Positions 9,622 through 17,416 of a stretch of DNA of 40,823 nucleotides are shown here, piece after piece (position 1 is the stretch's first letter; each line of letters opens with the position of its first letter). A program made the translations under genes and the position numbers. A model generated the notes under the pieces. That model saw only the letters and a program-made list of their open reading frames with translations, was not told where the DNA came from and did no database searches. Origin of the DNA: an uncultured Candidatus Saccharibacteria bacterium (GTDB lineage: Bacteria > Patescibacteriota > JACPGU01 > CAZICA01); contig CAZICA010000005.1 in assembly GCA_964537705.1 (NCBI GenBank), forward strand, positions 1-40,823, in the 5' to 3' direction.

Positions 9622-10692
9622 TCAAGTTTTTTCTCTTCTTATTTCAGCTATTCTAGCTTTTCCATCACCACTTCCAATAATAGCAAATTTACCATCTGGG
9701 CTAATGGAAGTGGACAAAACTGCTCCTCCGATATCTACTTCTTCTATCAGTTTCATTCCAGTTATTTTACCTTTTTTATTTCTTTCGATTTTGGCTAATA
9801 TAAGTTCTCCATAATCATTTCCAATAATAGTAAAAGTTCCATCGGGGCTGATGGAAGTGGAATACACATAACCTCCAACATATACTTCTTTAATTATCTC
9901 CATTTCAGGTATTTCAGCTAATCTAACTTTCCCATCACTACTTCCAATAATAGCGAAAGTTCCATCTGGACTGATGGAAGTGGAATAAACACAACCACCA
10001 ACTGCTACAAGTCCAATTATTTCCATTCCGGTGATATTACTTTCTTCGTCTTTTTTGATTTTAAATAAGCTAACTCCTCCATCACCACTTCCAATAATAG
10101 CAAATTTACCATCTGGACTGACAGAGGTCGAATAAATCCTCCCTCCAACTTTTACTTCTTTTATTACTTCTATTCCAGTTACATTACCTTTTTCATCTCT
10201 TTTGAGTTTAGCTAATCTGGCTTGATCTTCACTTCCAATAATAACAAAGGTTCCATCTGGGCTGACGGAAGTAGAATAAACTAATCCTCCAATCTCTACT
10301 TCTGTTCTTTCTATTATTTTTATTCCGGTTATTTTTCCTTCTTTATCTCTTTTTATTTCAGCTAATCTAACTTTCCCATCACTACTTCCAATAATAGCGA
10401 AAGTTTCGTCTGGACTAATGGAGGTGGAAAGAACCCATCCGTCAGTTTCTATTTTAATTATTTCCATCATTCCAATAATTTTACCTTCTTTGTCTCTTTC
10501 AATTTTAACTAATCTCGCTTTTCTATCCTCGCCACCAATAATAACAAATTTACCATCTGAACTGATAGAAATGGAACAAACTGCTTCTCCAACTTCTATT
10601 TCTGCTCCTTCTATTAGTTCTATTCCAATTTTTGTTTCTAGTTTTTCTTCTAACTCTTTTAAAACCTCTTCTGGAATTTCTTTTTCAGGCAT
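9622..10692 (-). CDS. WD40-like seven-bladed beta-propeller repeat protein
   Basis: 356 aa with seven repeats of about 45 aa, each carrying (V/L)xSTS(I/V)SPDG(K/T)F(A/V)IIGSxDGxxxLxxI. RBS AAGAGGA upstream. Confidence 0.8.
   Translation of the reverse strand: MPEKEIPEEVLKELEEKLETKIGIELIEGAEIEVGEAVCSISISSDGKFVIIGGEDRKARLVKIERDKEGKIIGMMEIIKIETDGWVLSTSISPDETFAIIGSSDGKVRLAEIKRDKEGKITGIKIIERTEVEIGGLVYSTSVSPDGTFVIIGSEDQARLAKLKRDEKGNVTGIEVIKEVKVGGRIYSTSVSPDGKFAIIGSGDGGVSLFKIKKDEESNITGMEIIGLVAVGGCVYSTSISPDGTFAIIGSSDGKVRLAEIPEMEIIKEVYVGGYVYSTSISPDGTFTIIGNDYGELILAKIERNKKGKITGMKLIEEVDIGGAVLSTSISPDGKFAIIGSGDGKARIAEIRREKT
9910..9961. repeat. Intragenic exact DNA repeat, copy 1 (partner at 10354..10405)
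   Basis: TATTTCAGCTAATCTAACTTTCCCATCACTACTTCCAATAATAGCGAAAGTT is identical at both positions. Both copies encode FAIIGSSDGKVRLAEI in two propeller blades. Confidence 0.9.
10354..10405. repeat. Intragenic exact DNA repeat, copy 2 (partner at 9910..9961)
   Basis: Same 52-nt string as 9910..9961, read directly. Confidence 0.9.
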
Positions 10693-10800
10693 AAATTCCT
10701 CTTTTTAATTTATCACCTCTTATATATTCCAAGAGAAATTATTAAGGAAACTCAAAGGCTTACTTCTAAAAAATCTTTAGGAATTAGCATGGGTCTGTCT

Positions 10801-11556
10801 TTATTTTAAGAAGGTTTTTAGTTTTAGGGCGTTTTTAACTGCGTATCCGAAAGCATCGTTATTGAAAAAAACATAAACTTCTTTAATTCTCTTTGGCAAG
10901 TCTTTTATTTCTTGAGCTAATTCTTCCAATTCTTTATCAGAATAAGAAGAGCTATAAAGTTGCCCAGGACCATGGCGTCTAATATAGATAAAATCTGCAG
11001 TTAGAGGAACTTGAATTTCATTAGAAGATTTCTTTTTTAATTTAAGATCAAAAGGCCAATCTGCTATTACAGGAGACATTTTATAAGATTTCAATAGTTT
11101 ATAAACATTAGCTGAGAACCATGTTTTATTCCGAAATTCAAATGCATGAAAAATATTGTTTGCTTTCTTTTTTAATAACTTGCAAAATTTTTCCAATTTT
11201 TTAACATCTGCTTTAAATCCTGGTGGAAATTGCCATAGAACTACTTTCAGCTTTTCTTTTAAACCTTTGACTCTTTCAAAAAACAATTCTAAGGGTTCCT
11301 CTATCTCTTTTAATTTCTTTAAATGAGTAATAATTCTTGATCCCTTAAGAACAAATTTAAATTCTTCTGGAGTTCTTCTATACCAGTTTTTAAAAGTAGT
11401 TTCTTTCGGCAACCTATAGAAGGTCACATTTAATTCTACCACTTTGAAGTATTTGCTGTAAAATTCCAACCATTTATAAGAAGGAAGATCTTCTGGATAG
11501 AAAACTCCTTTCCAATGATTATAACTATATCCTGATGTCCCAATAAAATATTTCAT
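10801..11556 (-). CDS. DUF72 (UPF0759/YecE-like) family protein
   Basis: 251 aa. The N-terminus IGTSGYSYNHWKGVFYPEDLPSYKWLEFYSKYFKVVELNVTFYRLP is the typical DUF72 signature. Confidence 0.88.
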   Translation of the reverse strand: MKYFIGTSGYSYNHWKGVFYPEDLPSYKWLEFYSKYFKVVELNVTFYRLPKETTFKNWYRRTPEEFKFVLKGSRIITHLKKLKEIEEPLELFFERVKGLKEKLKVVLWQFPPGFKADVKKLEKFCKLLKKKANNIFHAFEFRNKTWFSANVYKLLKSYKMSPVIADWPFDLKLKKKSSNEIQVPLTADFIYIRRHGPGQLYSSSYSDKELEELAQEIKDLPKRIKEVYVFFNNDAFGYAVKNALKLKTFLK

Positions 11557-11568
11557 TTTTATTCTTTT

Positions 11569-12510
11569 TTATTCTTTTATCCTATTTAAAGCTGCTTTTA
11601 CTCTTTCTTTTGAAAAATCTCGCTCTTCACAAAGAAATTTTATTAATTTCCTTTTATCAGGAGGAACCCATTTTAGTTTATAATCTAAAGTTACTGGCAT
11701 TGTTTTGATATAAGAAAATAATATATCTGGACTCACTTCAAAATCCCACTCTATTTTCTCTTTTTTTCTCCTTTTAGAAAATAAAATAGAGAGTTTAGGA
11801 TATTTTTTAATTAATTCAAGTGCCCGTTTAGGACCAATTCCTTCTCCATCTACTTTAGCTCCTTCAGGATTAAAATCAGTTCCTATTAAAATTGATAAAA
11901 GAATAAGCTGATTAAAAGAAATTTTATGTTCCTTTAAAATTTCTTTTAACTCTATTAGATATGGTCTGATAGGTTTATGATCTGAGGGTAGCTTTCTATA
12001 TCTTGAGAAAGTTAAATTAAAAACCATTCTTTTTGCCCCAAAAATTAAACAATCATAATCTTGAGACCCAACAGCCCAAACTCGCTTTGCTAAAGGACAT
12101 CTCTCTGTTGTCATAAAAGCAGCCTGAGCTTCTCCTTCAGCTGGTGCCTGAATAACAGGCAGTCCTAAAAGAGTAAGAAGTTCGATAGATTCTTTAATAA
12201 TTTCAGAAGTCAAAGTGGTAGTTTCCCGGAAAGAAAACTGGCCAGAGATTATTTTTCGATATCTTTTAATCTCTCTTAAAGGGCCATCTAATATAAAACA
12301 CAATTTTAATCCTTCAGCCATTAAATGAGTTGTTCTAAAAAATAAACCTAGAAGATGAGTGGTAATCCTTCCTTTCCTATCGGTAAAAATAGGCATGGTT
12401 TTCAAAAATTGATAAAGAACTAAATAGGTATCAATTGCAATCTTTTTTCCTTTCAATTGAGAAAGTTTTATCTCTTTTTTTAAAACCAGTGATTTTAAAT
12501 TAACGCCCAT
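11569..12510 (-). CDS. fen: Flap endonuclease 1 of archaeal/eukaryotic type (XPG/Rad2 N and I domains)
   Basis: 313 aa. MGVNLKSL...KKIAIDTYLVLYQFL, GRITTHLLGLFFRT, ILDG, APAEGEAQAAFM, SQDYDCLIFG, and an H3TH region LIGTDFNP...GIGPKRALELI. Confidence 0.88.
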   Translation of the reverse strand: MGVNLKSLVLKKEIKLSQLKGKKIAIDTYLVLYQFLKTMPIFTDRKGRITTHLLGLFFRTTHLMAEGLKLCFILDGPLREIKRYRKIISGQFSFRETTTLTSEIIKESIELLTLLGLPVIQAPAEGEAQAAFMTTERCPLAKRVWAVGSQDYDCLIFGAKRMVFNLTFSRYRKLPSDHKPIRPYLIELKEILKEHKISFNQLILLSILIGTDFNPEGAKVDGEGIGPKRALELIKKYPKLSILFSKRRKKEKIEWDFEVSPDILFSYIKTMPVTLDYKLKWVPPDKRKLIKFLCEERDFSKERVKAALNRIKE

Positions 12511-13123
12511 TTTTTCTATCTTTTATATATAATTTTTCCCATTTTGGTAAAGCTTTTTCTAGCTTCCATACCCAATCAAGATGCCAATCTCGCCAAAGAC
12601 CTATTAGGAAATTTTTTGGAAGCTTATATTTTTCAGTAAGTTTTTCAAATTCCTCTTTTGAAGAATGTTTTTTTCTTCTCCCTTCTTTAATCCATTCAGA
12701 AAGAGGAGCTAAAGAAATCAAAATTTTATATATAAACTTGGCAATCTCTAAAGCGCTCTTTCCTTTATGATAAACTTCTTTTTCTATATTCCCTTCCCAG
12801 TCACAAAAAAGGTGCCAATGCTCTAAATTTAAATTATGAAACAGTTCGATCTCCTCTTCTCCATAGGAAACTAGATAAAATTTCAATCGAGGACATTTAA
12901 TTAAATATCTGAATAGTTTACTTAAAATTGCTTCTTCATGTTCATGAGAGGATTTTATAATTTTTGCTGTTAAAATCTCATAAGCAACATCTTTCTTTTT
13001 ATCATAAACATCAAAAATTGCAGGTTTTTTATGATCTTTTCTATACTCCAATTTAATTTGATGATCTAATTTTCTTTTTAAATATTCTTCTGCTTTTTTA
13101 TGCAAAATCTTGTAAGAAATCAT
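12500..13123 (-). CDS. Hypothetical protein embedded between the LigD-Pol and FEN1 genes
   Basis: 207-aa ORF. It overlaps the end of the upstream Pol gene by 26 nt and the fen start by 11 nt. No family recognised. The FDVYD...AYEILTAK stretch is only weakly like a PD-(D/E)xK nuclease core. Confidence 0.6.
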   Translation of the reverse strand: MISYKILHKKAEEYLKRKLDHQIKLEYRKDHKKPAIFDVYDKKKDVAYEILTAKIIKSSHEHEEAILSKLFRYLIKCPRLKFYLVSYGEEEIELFHNLNLEHWHLFCDWEGNIEKEVYHKGKSALEIAKFIYKILISLAPLSEWIKEGRRKKHSSKEEFEKLTEKYKLPKNFLIGLWRDWHLDWVWKLEKALPKWEKLYIKDRKNGR

Positions 13124-13952
13124 AATTGGTTTTAAAAAGCCACTTAGAATAATTTAAAAGATTATAATTTTTTGGATCTATTCCTCTTTTAAGCCTTTCC
13201 CATCTTAAAGGAACAGCAATAGTAGCAAAAGAATTTGCTCTTAAACTAAAAGGAGCTACAGCAGTTTTTCCTTTTGAATTTTGTTGCCAATCAATATAAA
13301 CTCCTTTTCTTTGCTTTTTATCTAAAGCTATTAATTCCGGATAAAATTTATCTAATATTTTTGCAACATCCTTTACAAATTCCCTTGATTGATCAAAATT
13401 ATATCTCTTTTTATTTAAAGCATAAATATGAATTCCTGAAAGTCCAGTAGTTTTCGCAAAAGACTTATAATTAAGCTCGTCTAAAATCTTTTTTATTAAA
13501 AGGGCTACCTTAGAGATATCTTTAAAAGAAACTGCTTCTAAAGGGTCTAGATCAAAAAGAATAAATTTTGGTTGATCTAAATTATCAATTGGAGCAAGCC
13601 AAGGATGAAATTCAATAACTGCAAGATTAACAAGCCATATTAAAGTCTCTAAATTGTTGCAAATTATATAACTAACAGATTTTTTAAGATGGGAAGAAAA
13701 AATATCTTTTGTTTTTATCCAATCAGGAATCCCCTTTGGCTTTTCTTTCTCCCAGAAACACCTTTCAATTCCATTTGGGCATCTTACTCTTACCAAAGGA
13801 AAATTTTTTAAAAAAGGAATCATTAAAGAAGAAACTTTAAGATAATAATCAAGAATCTGGACTTTTCTAATTTTTAATCCCGGATATAAAATTTTTTCCA
13901 AATTAGATAAGGATAAAATTTGTTTTTTAATTTTAACAAATTTCTTCCCCAC
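13098..13952 (-). CDS. Stand-alone LigD-type polymerase/primase (archaeo-eukaryotic primase superfamily, NHEJ PolDom)
   Basis: 284 aa. LSNLEKILYPGLKIRKVQILDYYLKVSSLMIPFLKNFPL, catalytic FDLDP, and TGLSGIHIY. GTG start at 13950..13952, 1 nt after the HIT gene stop. Confidence 0.88.
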   Translation of the reverse strand: MGKKFVKIKKQILSLSNLEKILYPGLKIRKVQILDYYLKVSSLMIPFLKNFPLVRVRCPNGIERCFWEKEKPKGIPDWIKTKDIFSSHLKKSVSYIICNNLETLIWLVNLAVIEFHPWLAPIDNLDQPKFILFDLDPLEAVSFKDISKVALLIKKILDELNYKSFAKTTGLSGIHIYALNKKRYNFDQSREFVKDVAKILDKFYPELIALDKKQRKGVYIDWQQNSKGKTAVAPFSLRANSFATIAVPLRWERLKRGIDPKNYNLLNYSKWLFKTNYDFLQDFA

Positions 13953-13953
13953 C

Positions 13954-14295
13954 TTAGCTAATCATTGGACCTAAATTTTTTCCTCCTAATAAATGTAAAT
14001 GAATATGAGCAATTTCTTGGCCTGCGTCTTTTCCACAATTCAAAATCAATCTGTAGCCTGAATCTTGGATCTTAAATTCTTCTGCTAAATTCTTTGCAAC
14101 TAAAATTAGATTTCCTAAAGTTTCAACCTCTGAAATATCTAGATCTTTAAATTCCAAATGTTTTTTAGGAACGATCAAAATATGAATCGGTGCCTTTGGA
14201 TTGATGTCTTCAAATGCGAGAATACGTTCATTTTGATAAACAATTTTTGAAGGAATTTCTCCAGCAATAATTTTGCAAAAAACGCATTCTTCCAT
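13954..14295 (-). CDS. HIT-family (Hint-like) nucleotide hydrolase
   Basis: 113 aa. CVFCKII N-terminus and histidine triad HIHLHLLGG. GGAGGG RBS upstream. Confidence 0.9.
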   Translation of the reverse strand: MEECVFCKIIAGEIPSKIVYQNERILAFEDINPKAPIHILIVPKKHLEFKDLDISEVETLGNLILVAKNLAEEFKIQDSGYRLILNCGKDAGQEIAHIHLHLLGGKNLGPMIS

Positions 14296-14328
14296 AATTC
14301 CCTCCTTTAAGTTATAATATTAATTACC

Positions 14329-15354
14329 ATGAAGCTTTCAAAAAAAACTTTGCTTTTAATAGGATCAGGAATTTTGGGCATTTTTTTGCTTTTAATCGTT
14401 CTTAAAATTGCAGGATTAGGAGAAACTTTTAGAATAATTTTTAAAATCAGATTAATCGATTTTCTCACTATAGTATTTCTTACCTTTTTACAATTTTTTC
14501 TTTCTGTGGTTTTAATCAAAATTATCCTTTGTTCATTTGGATATAATATTCCCCTCTTCGATTTATTTCCTCAAAGAGCAGCGATGTTTGCAATCTCTTA
14601 TTTAACTCCTTTCGCTTCCATAGGAGGAGAGCCTTTTATAGCATTTTTATTTAAAAAGAAATATAAAATACCCTATAAAATCACTTTTTCTTCCTTTTTA
14701 ATTGAGTTTGTCTTTAGATTAACAATCACTACTTTTTTAATTGGATTAGGTATTTTGATTCTAGCTACAGGTTTTTCTTTTCCGGCTCAAATTTTAATTT
14801 CTTTTATAATAATTTTCTTTCTAATTGTAGGTTTTCTTTCTTTCTTTTATTTATATTTTTTCAAAAAAAGTATTTTAAAAACTTGGTTTGGACATTTAAA
14901 ATTAGAACAAATTGGTTTTATTAAAAATAATTTAGAACATTTAAAATATATCGAAGAAAAAATTGGTGATTTTTTAAAAAATAAATTTTCGATACTTATT
15001 CTTTCCCTGTTTTTCTCTTTTTTAATAATTTTTACAATTTTCTGGAGATATAAATTAATCTTTCTTGCTTTTGGTCTTCAACCTTCTTTTATTGATTTAC
15101 TTCTAATTTTCACAGTAGAAAATTTGGCCACTTTCACCCCAATTCCTTCTGCCTTGGGAATAACAGAATCAGCTCAAGCTATTCTTTTTTCCCTTTTGAA
15201 TTTTGGAATCCCTGTTGGTGTAGCTTTCGTTCTGGTAGGAAGAGCGGCAACACTTCTTTTAGTATTTTATGGACTTCTAATTCTTCCTTATCTAGGAATT
15301 AAAGAATTTAATAATCTTTTTAGCAAAAATTCAAATAAAGAAGAACTATATTAA
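14329..15354 (+). CDS. Polytopic membrane protein, flippase-like / LPG-synthase TM-domain (UPF0104) family
   Basis: 341 aa with about 8 hydrophobic segments and the N-terminal layout typical of UPF0104. This is the only plus-strand gene. TATAAT at 14313..14318 lies 10 nt before the ATG. Confidence 0.7.
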   Translation: MKLSKKTLLLIGSGILGIFLLLIVLKIAGLGETFRIIFKIRLIDFLTIVFLTFLQFFLSVVLIKIILCSFGYNIPLFDLFPQRAAMFAISYLTPFASIGGEPFIAFLFKKKYKIPYKITFSSFLIEFVFRLTITTFLIGLGILILATGFSFPAQILISFIIIFFLIVGFLSFFYLYFFKKSILKTWFGHLKLEQIGFIKNNLEHLKYIEEKIGDFLKNKFSILILSLFFSFLIIFTIFWRYKLIFLAFGLQPSFIDLLLIFTVENLATFTPIPSALGITESAQAILFSLLNFGIPVGVAFVLVGRAATLLLVFYGLLILPYLGIKEFNNLFSKNSNKEELY

Positions 15355-15546
15355 TTACTCTGTGATTTCCTCTCCTATTATTGGTCTTTCATCAGGCTTC
15401 AGTGGCTTAAATTTTTCACAAGTATTTTCAGAAGAAACTGATTTTTTCCAATAGAAACACTCTCCAAAATCTGGATTCTCTGTGTCGGGTTTGAAATATT
15501 TACAATCTCTGCATTTTCCCTTTGTTATTTTTCTTTCTGCTTCCAT
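15355..15546 (-). CDS. Small Cys4 protein (CxxC...C...C), hypothetical
   Basis: 63-aa ORF KCRDCKYFKP...GECFYW...CEKF. Overlaps the rarA end by 22 nt. Its stop abuts the stop of the convergent membrane gene. Confidence 0.45.
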   Translation of the reverse strand: MEAERKITKGKCRDCKYFKPDTENPDFGECFYWKKSVSSENTCEKFKPLKPDERPIIGEEITE

Positions 15547-16628
15547 AAATTTAACCTATTCTTTAAAAACTCAGGAATTGGCTTAAGAAATCTTTCTTCT
15601 ACTAATTTTGAAACCTTGGAAAATGTATTATAAATAGCTCTGCTTTTTGGAGCTTTTGCTAAATATAAAGTTGCTTGCGCCAAATTAATTGCTGCCTCAG
15701 GTAATCCCACTAGTTCCACTGCTTTTGCAGCACTTATGGCAATTACTAAAGCATTTGGGTCAGCATTCCCTATATCTTCTGAAGCAAAAATCACCAATCG
15801 CCGAGCAATAAATTTTGGATCCTCTCCAGCTTTTATCATCCTTGCTAAAAAATAAAGAGCCTGTTTTGATTTAGAATTTCTAAGAGATTTTATAAAGGCA
15901 GAAATAGTATCAAAATGATAATCCCCATCTTTATCATAGAAAATTGCTTTCTCCTGAGATATCTTTAAAATCAAATCTTTAGTAATTCTTTTCTCATAAC
16001 AGCTTGCTAGTTCAAGTAAATTAATTACTTTCCTAGCATCTCCATCAGAAAAGTTTAAAAGGAATTTCAAAGCTTCCTTTGTTAAGCTTATATTTAAATA
16101 ATCACTAGCTCTTTTTATAATTAATTTAATTTCCTTAGGTTGCAAAGGTTGGAATTTGAAAACCTTAACTCTAGAAAGGAGAGCTGGTCTAAATTCGAAA
16201 GAAGGATTTAAGGTGGTAGCACCAATTAAAATAGGTTCTCTCTTTTCAAGATAGGGTAAAAAGAAATCTTGTTGAGCCTTATTAAATCTATGAAACTCGT
16301 CTATAAAAATAATGGTCTGCTTTTTAAATAACTGAAAAATCTCAATTGCTTTTTTAAAATAATTTTTAATTTCTAATAAAGAAGTTTCTACAGCAGAACA
16401 TTTTATAAAATAAAACCCACCTTCTTTAGCAATTAATTCAGCTAAAGTAGTTTTTCCTGAACCAGGAGGCCCCCAAAATATCATAGGAAAAATCTTACCA
16501 ACTTCTATCATTTTTCTAATAGGTCCTTCTTTCCCCATTAAATGAACCTGCCCAATAAATTCTTTAAAAGTCTTGGGCCTAATCTTTTCTGTCAAAGGAA
16601 CTTTGTTTGATTCCCTTTTAGATATCAT
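15525..16628 (-). CDS. rarA: Replication-associated recombination protein A (AAA+ ATPase RarA/MgsA), short form
   Basis: 367 aa. Walker A GPPGSGKTTLAELIA, Walker B IIFIDEFHRFNKAQQD, and the C-terminal MgsA-type helical domain (FYDKDGDYHFDTISAFIKSLR). Confidence 0.9.
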   Translation of the reverse strand: MISKRESNKVPLTEKIRPKTFKEFIGQVHLMGKEGPIRKMIEVGKIFPMIFWGPPGSGKTTLAELIAKEGGFYFIKCSAVETSLLEIKNYFKKAIEIFQLFKKQTIIFIDEFHRFNKAQQDFFLPYLEKREPILIGATTLNPSFEFRPALLSRVKVFKFQPLQPKEIKLIIKRASDYLNISLTKEALKFLLNFSDGDARKVINLLELASCYEKRITKDLILKISQEKAIFYDKDGDYHFDTISAFIKSLRNSKSKQALYFLARMIKAGEDPKFIARRLVIFASEDIGNADPNALVIAISAAKAVELVGLPEAAINLAQATLYLAKAPKSRAIYNTFSKVSKLVEERFLKPIPEFLKNRLNLWKQKEK

Positions 16629-16662
16629 CTTAACTTAATTATATCAAAATTTAAAATAACCC

Positions 16663-16998
16663 TTATTCAGGGTTATTTATTTCTTTTAAAAGATTTTCAA
16701 CCCGAGATGCTTTTTGTGCAGTTTTATCTATTTTAAAAGAAATTTTTGGCACGTATTTCATAACCAATTTTTTATTCAACATTTTTTGAATCTGAGAAGC
16801 ATTCTCAGAAAGATGCATAAGCGCTTCCTCTTCTTTTGCTGGAGGAAAAACACTAATCCATATCTTTGCATTTCGAAGATCTGGAGATGTCTCTACATTG
16901 GTTATTGTTAGAAATGTATCTTTTATCTTGAAATAACGCTCAATAATTTTTGAAATTTCTTGTTTTATAAGACTATTAATCTTTGGTAATCTTTCCAT
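16663..16998 (-). CDS. rbfA: Ribosome-binding factor A
   Basis: 111 aa. INSLIKQEISKII...TITNVETSPDLRNAKIWISV. Confidence 0.9.
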   Translation of the reverse strand: MERLPKINSLIKQEISKIIERYFKIKDTFLTITNVETSPDLRNAKIWISVFPPAKEEEALMHLSENASQIQKMLNKKLVMKYVPKISFKIDKTAQKASRVENLLKEINNPE

Positions 16999-17000
16999 TT

Positions 17001-17414
17001 TTATCTTTTTGCATATTGAGGAGCTTTCCTCGCTCTCTTAAGACCTGGTTTCTTTCTCTCTTTTACTCGAGGATCTCGGGTCAAAAAACCTGCTTTTTTT
17101 AAAGTTGGTTTTAAAGTTTGATCGGATACTAAAAGAGCTCTAGCTATTCCTAATCTTATTGCATCAGCTTGAGAGGAAATTCCTCCCCCTTTAACTTTTG
17201 CTTCTATATCAAATTTATTTTCTTTTCTTATCAAAACTAAAGGGGCAATTGCATTTTGAATTAAGACAGAAGCAAGCCCTCCAAAATACTTATTGGCATC
17301 TTTATTATTGATCAGAAAGTTTCCTTTACCATTAGGATATAATCTAACTTGAGCTGAAGAAGTTTTTCTTCTGCCTACACCATAGAAGTATTTTCTTTTC
17401 TCTTCTTTTTCCAT
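17001..17414 (-). CDS. rpsI: 30S ribosomal protein S9
   Basis: 137 aa. [34 protein letters not shown], and ends RKAPQYAKR. Confidence 0.97.
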   Translation of the reverse strand: MEKEEKRKYFYGVGRRKTSSAQVRLYPNGKGNFLINNKDANKYFGGLASVLIQNAIAPLVLIRKENKFDIEAKVKGGGISSQADAIRLGIARALLVSDQTLKPTLKKAGFLTRDPRVKERKKPGLKRARKAPQYAKR

Positions 17415-17416
17415 AA

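Noticed and set aside
14290-14318. Promoter for the plus-strand membrane gene (TATAAT at 14313..14318, implying a near-leaderless mRNA)
   Set aside because: The -10 hexamer is perfect, but the best -35 candidate (TTCCAT) is poor and the region is AT-rich. This is too weak to list as a feature.
14307-14519. 70-aa minus-strand ORF overlapping the start of the plus-strand membrane gene
   Set aside because: It lies almost entirely inside the better-supported 341-aa membrane-protein ORF on the other strand. It has no motif or RBS.
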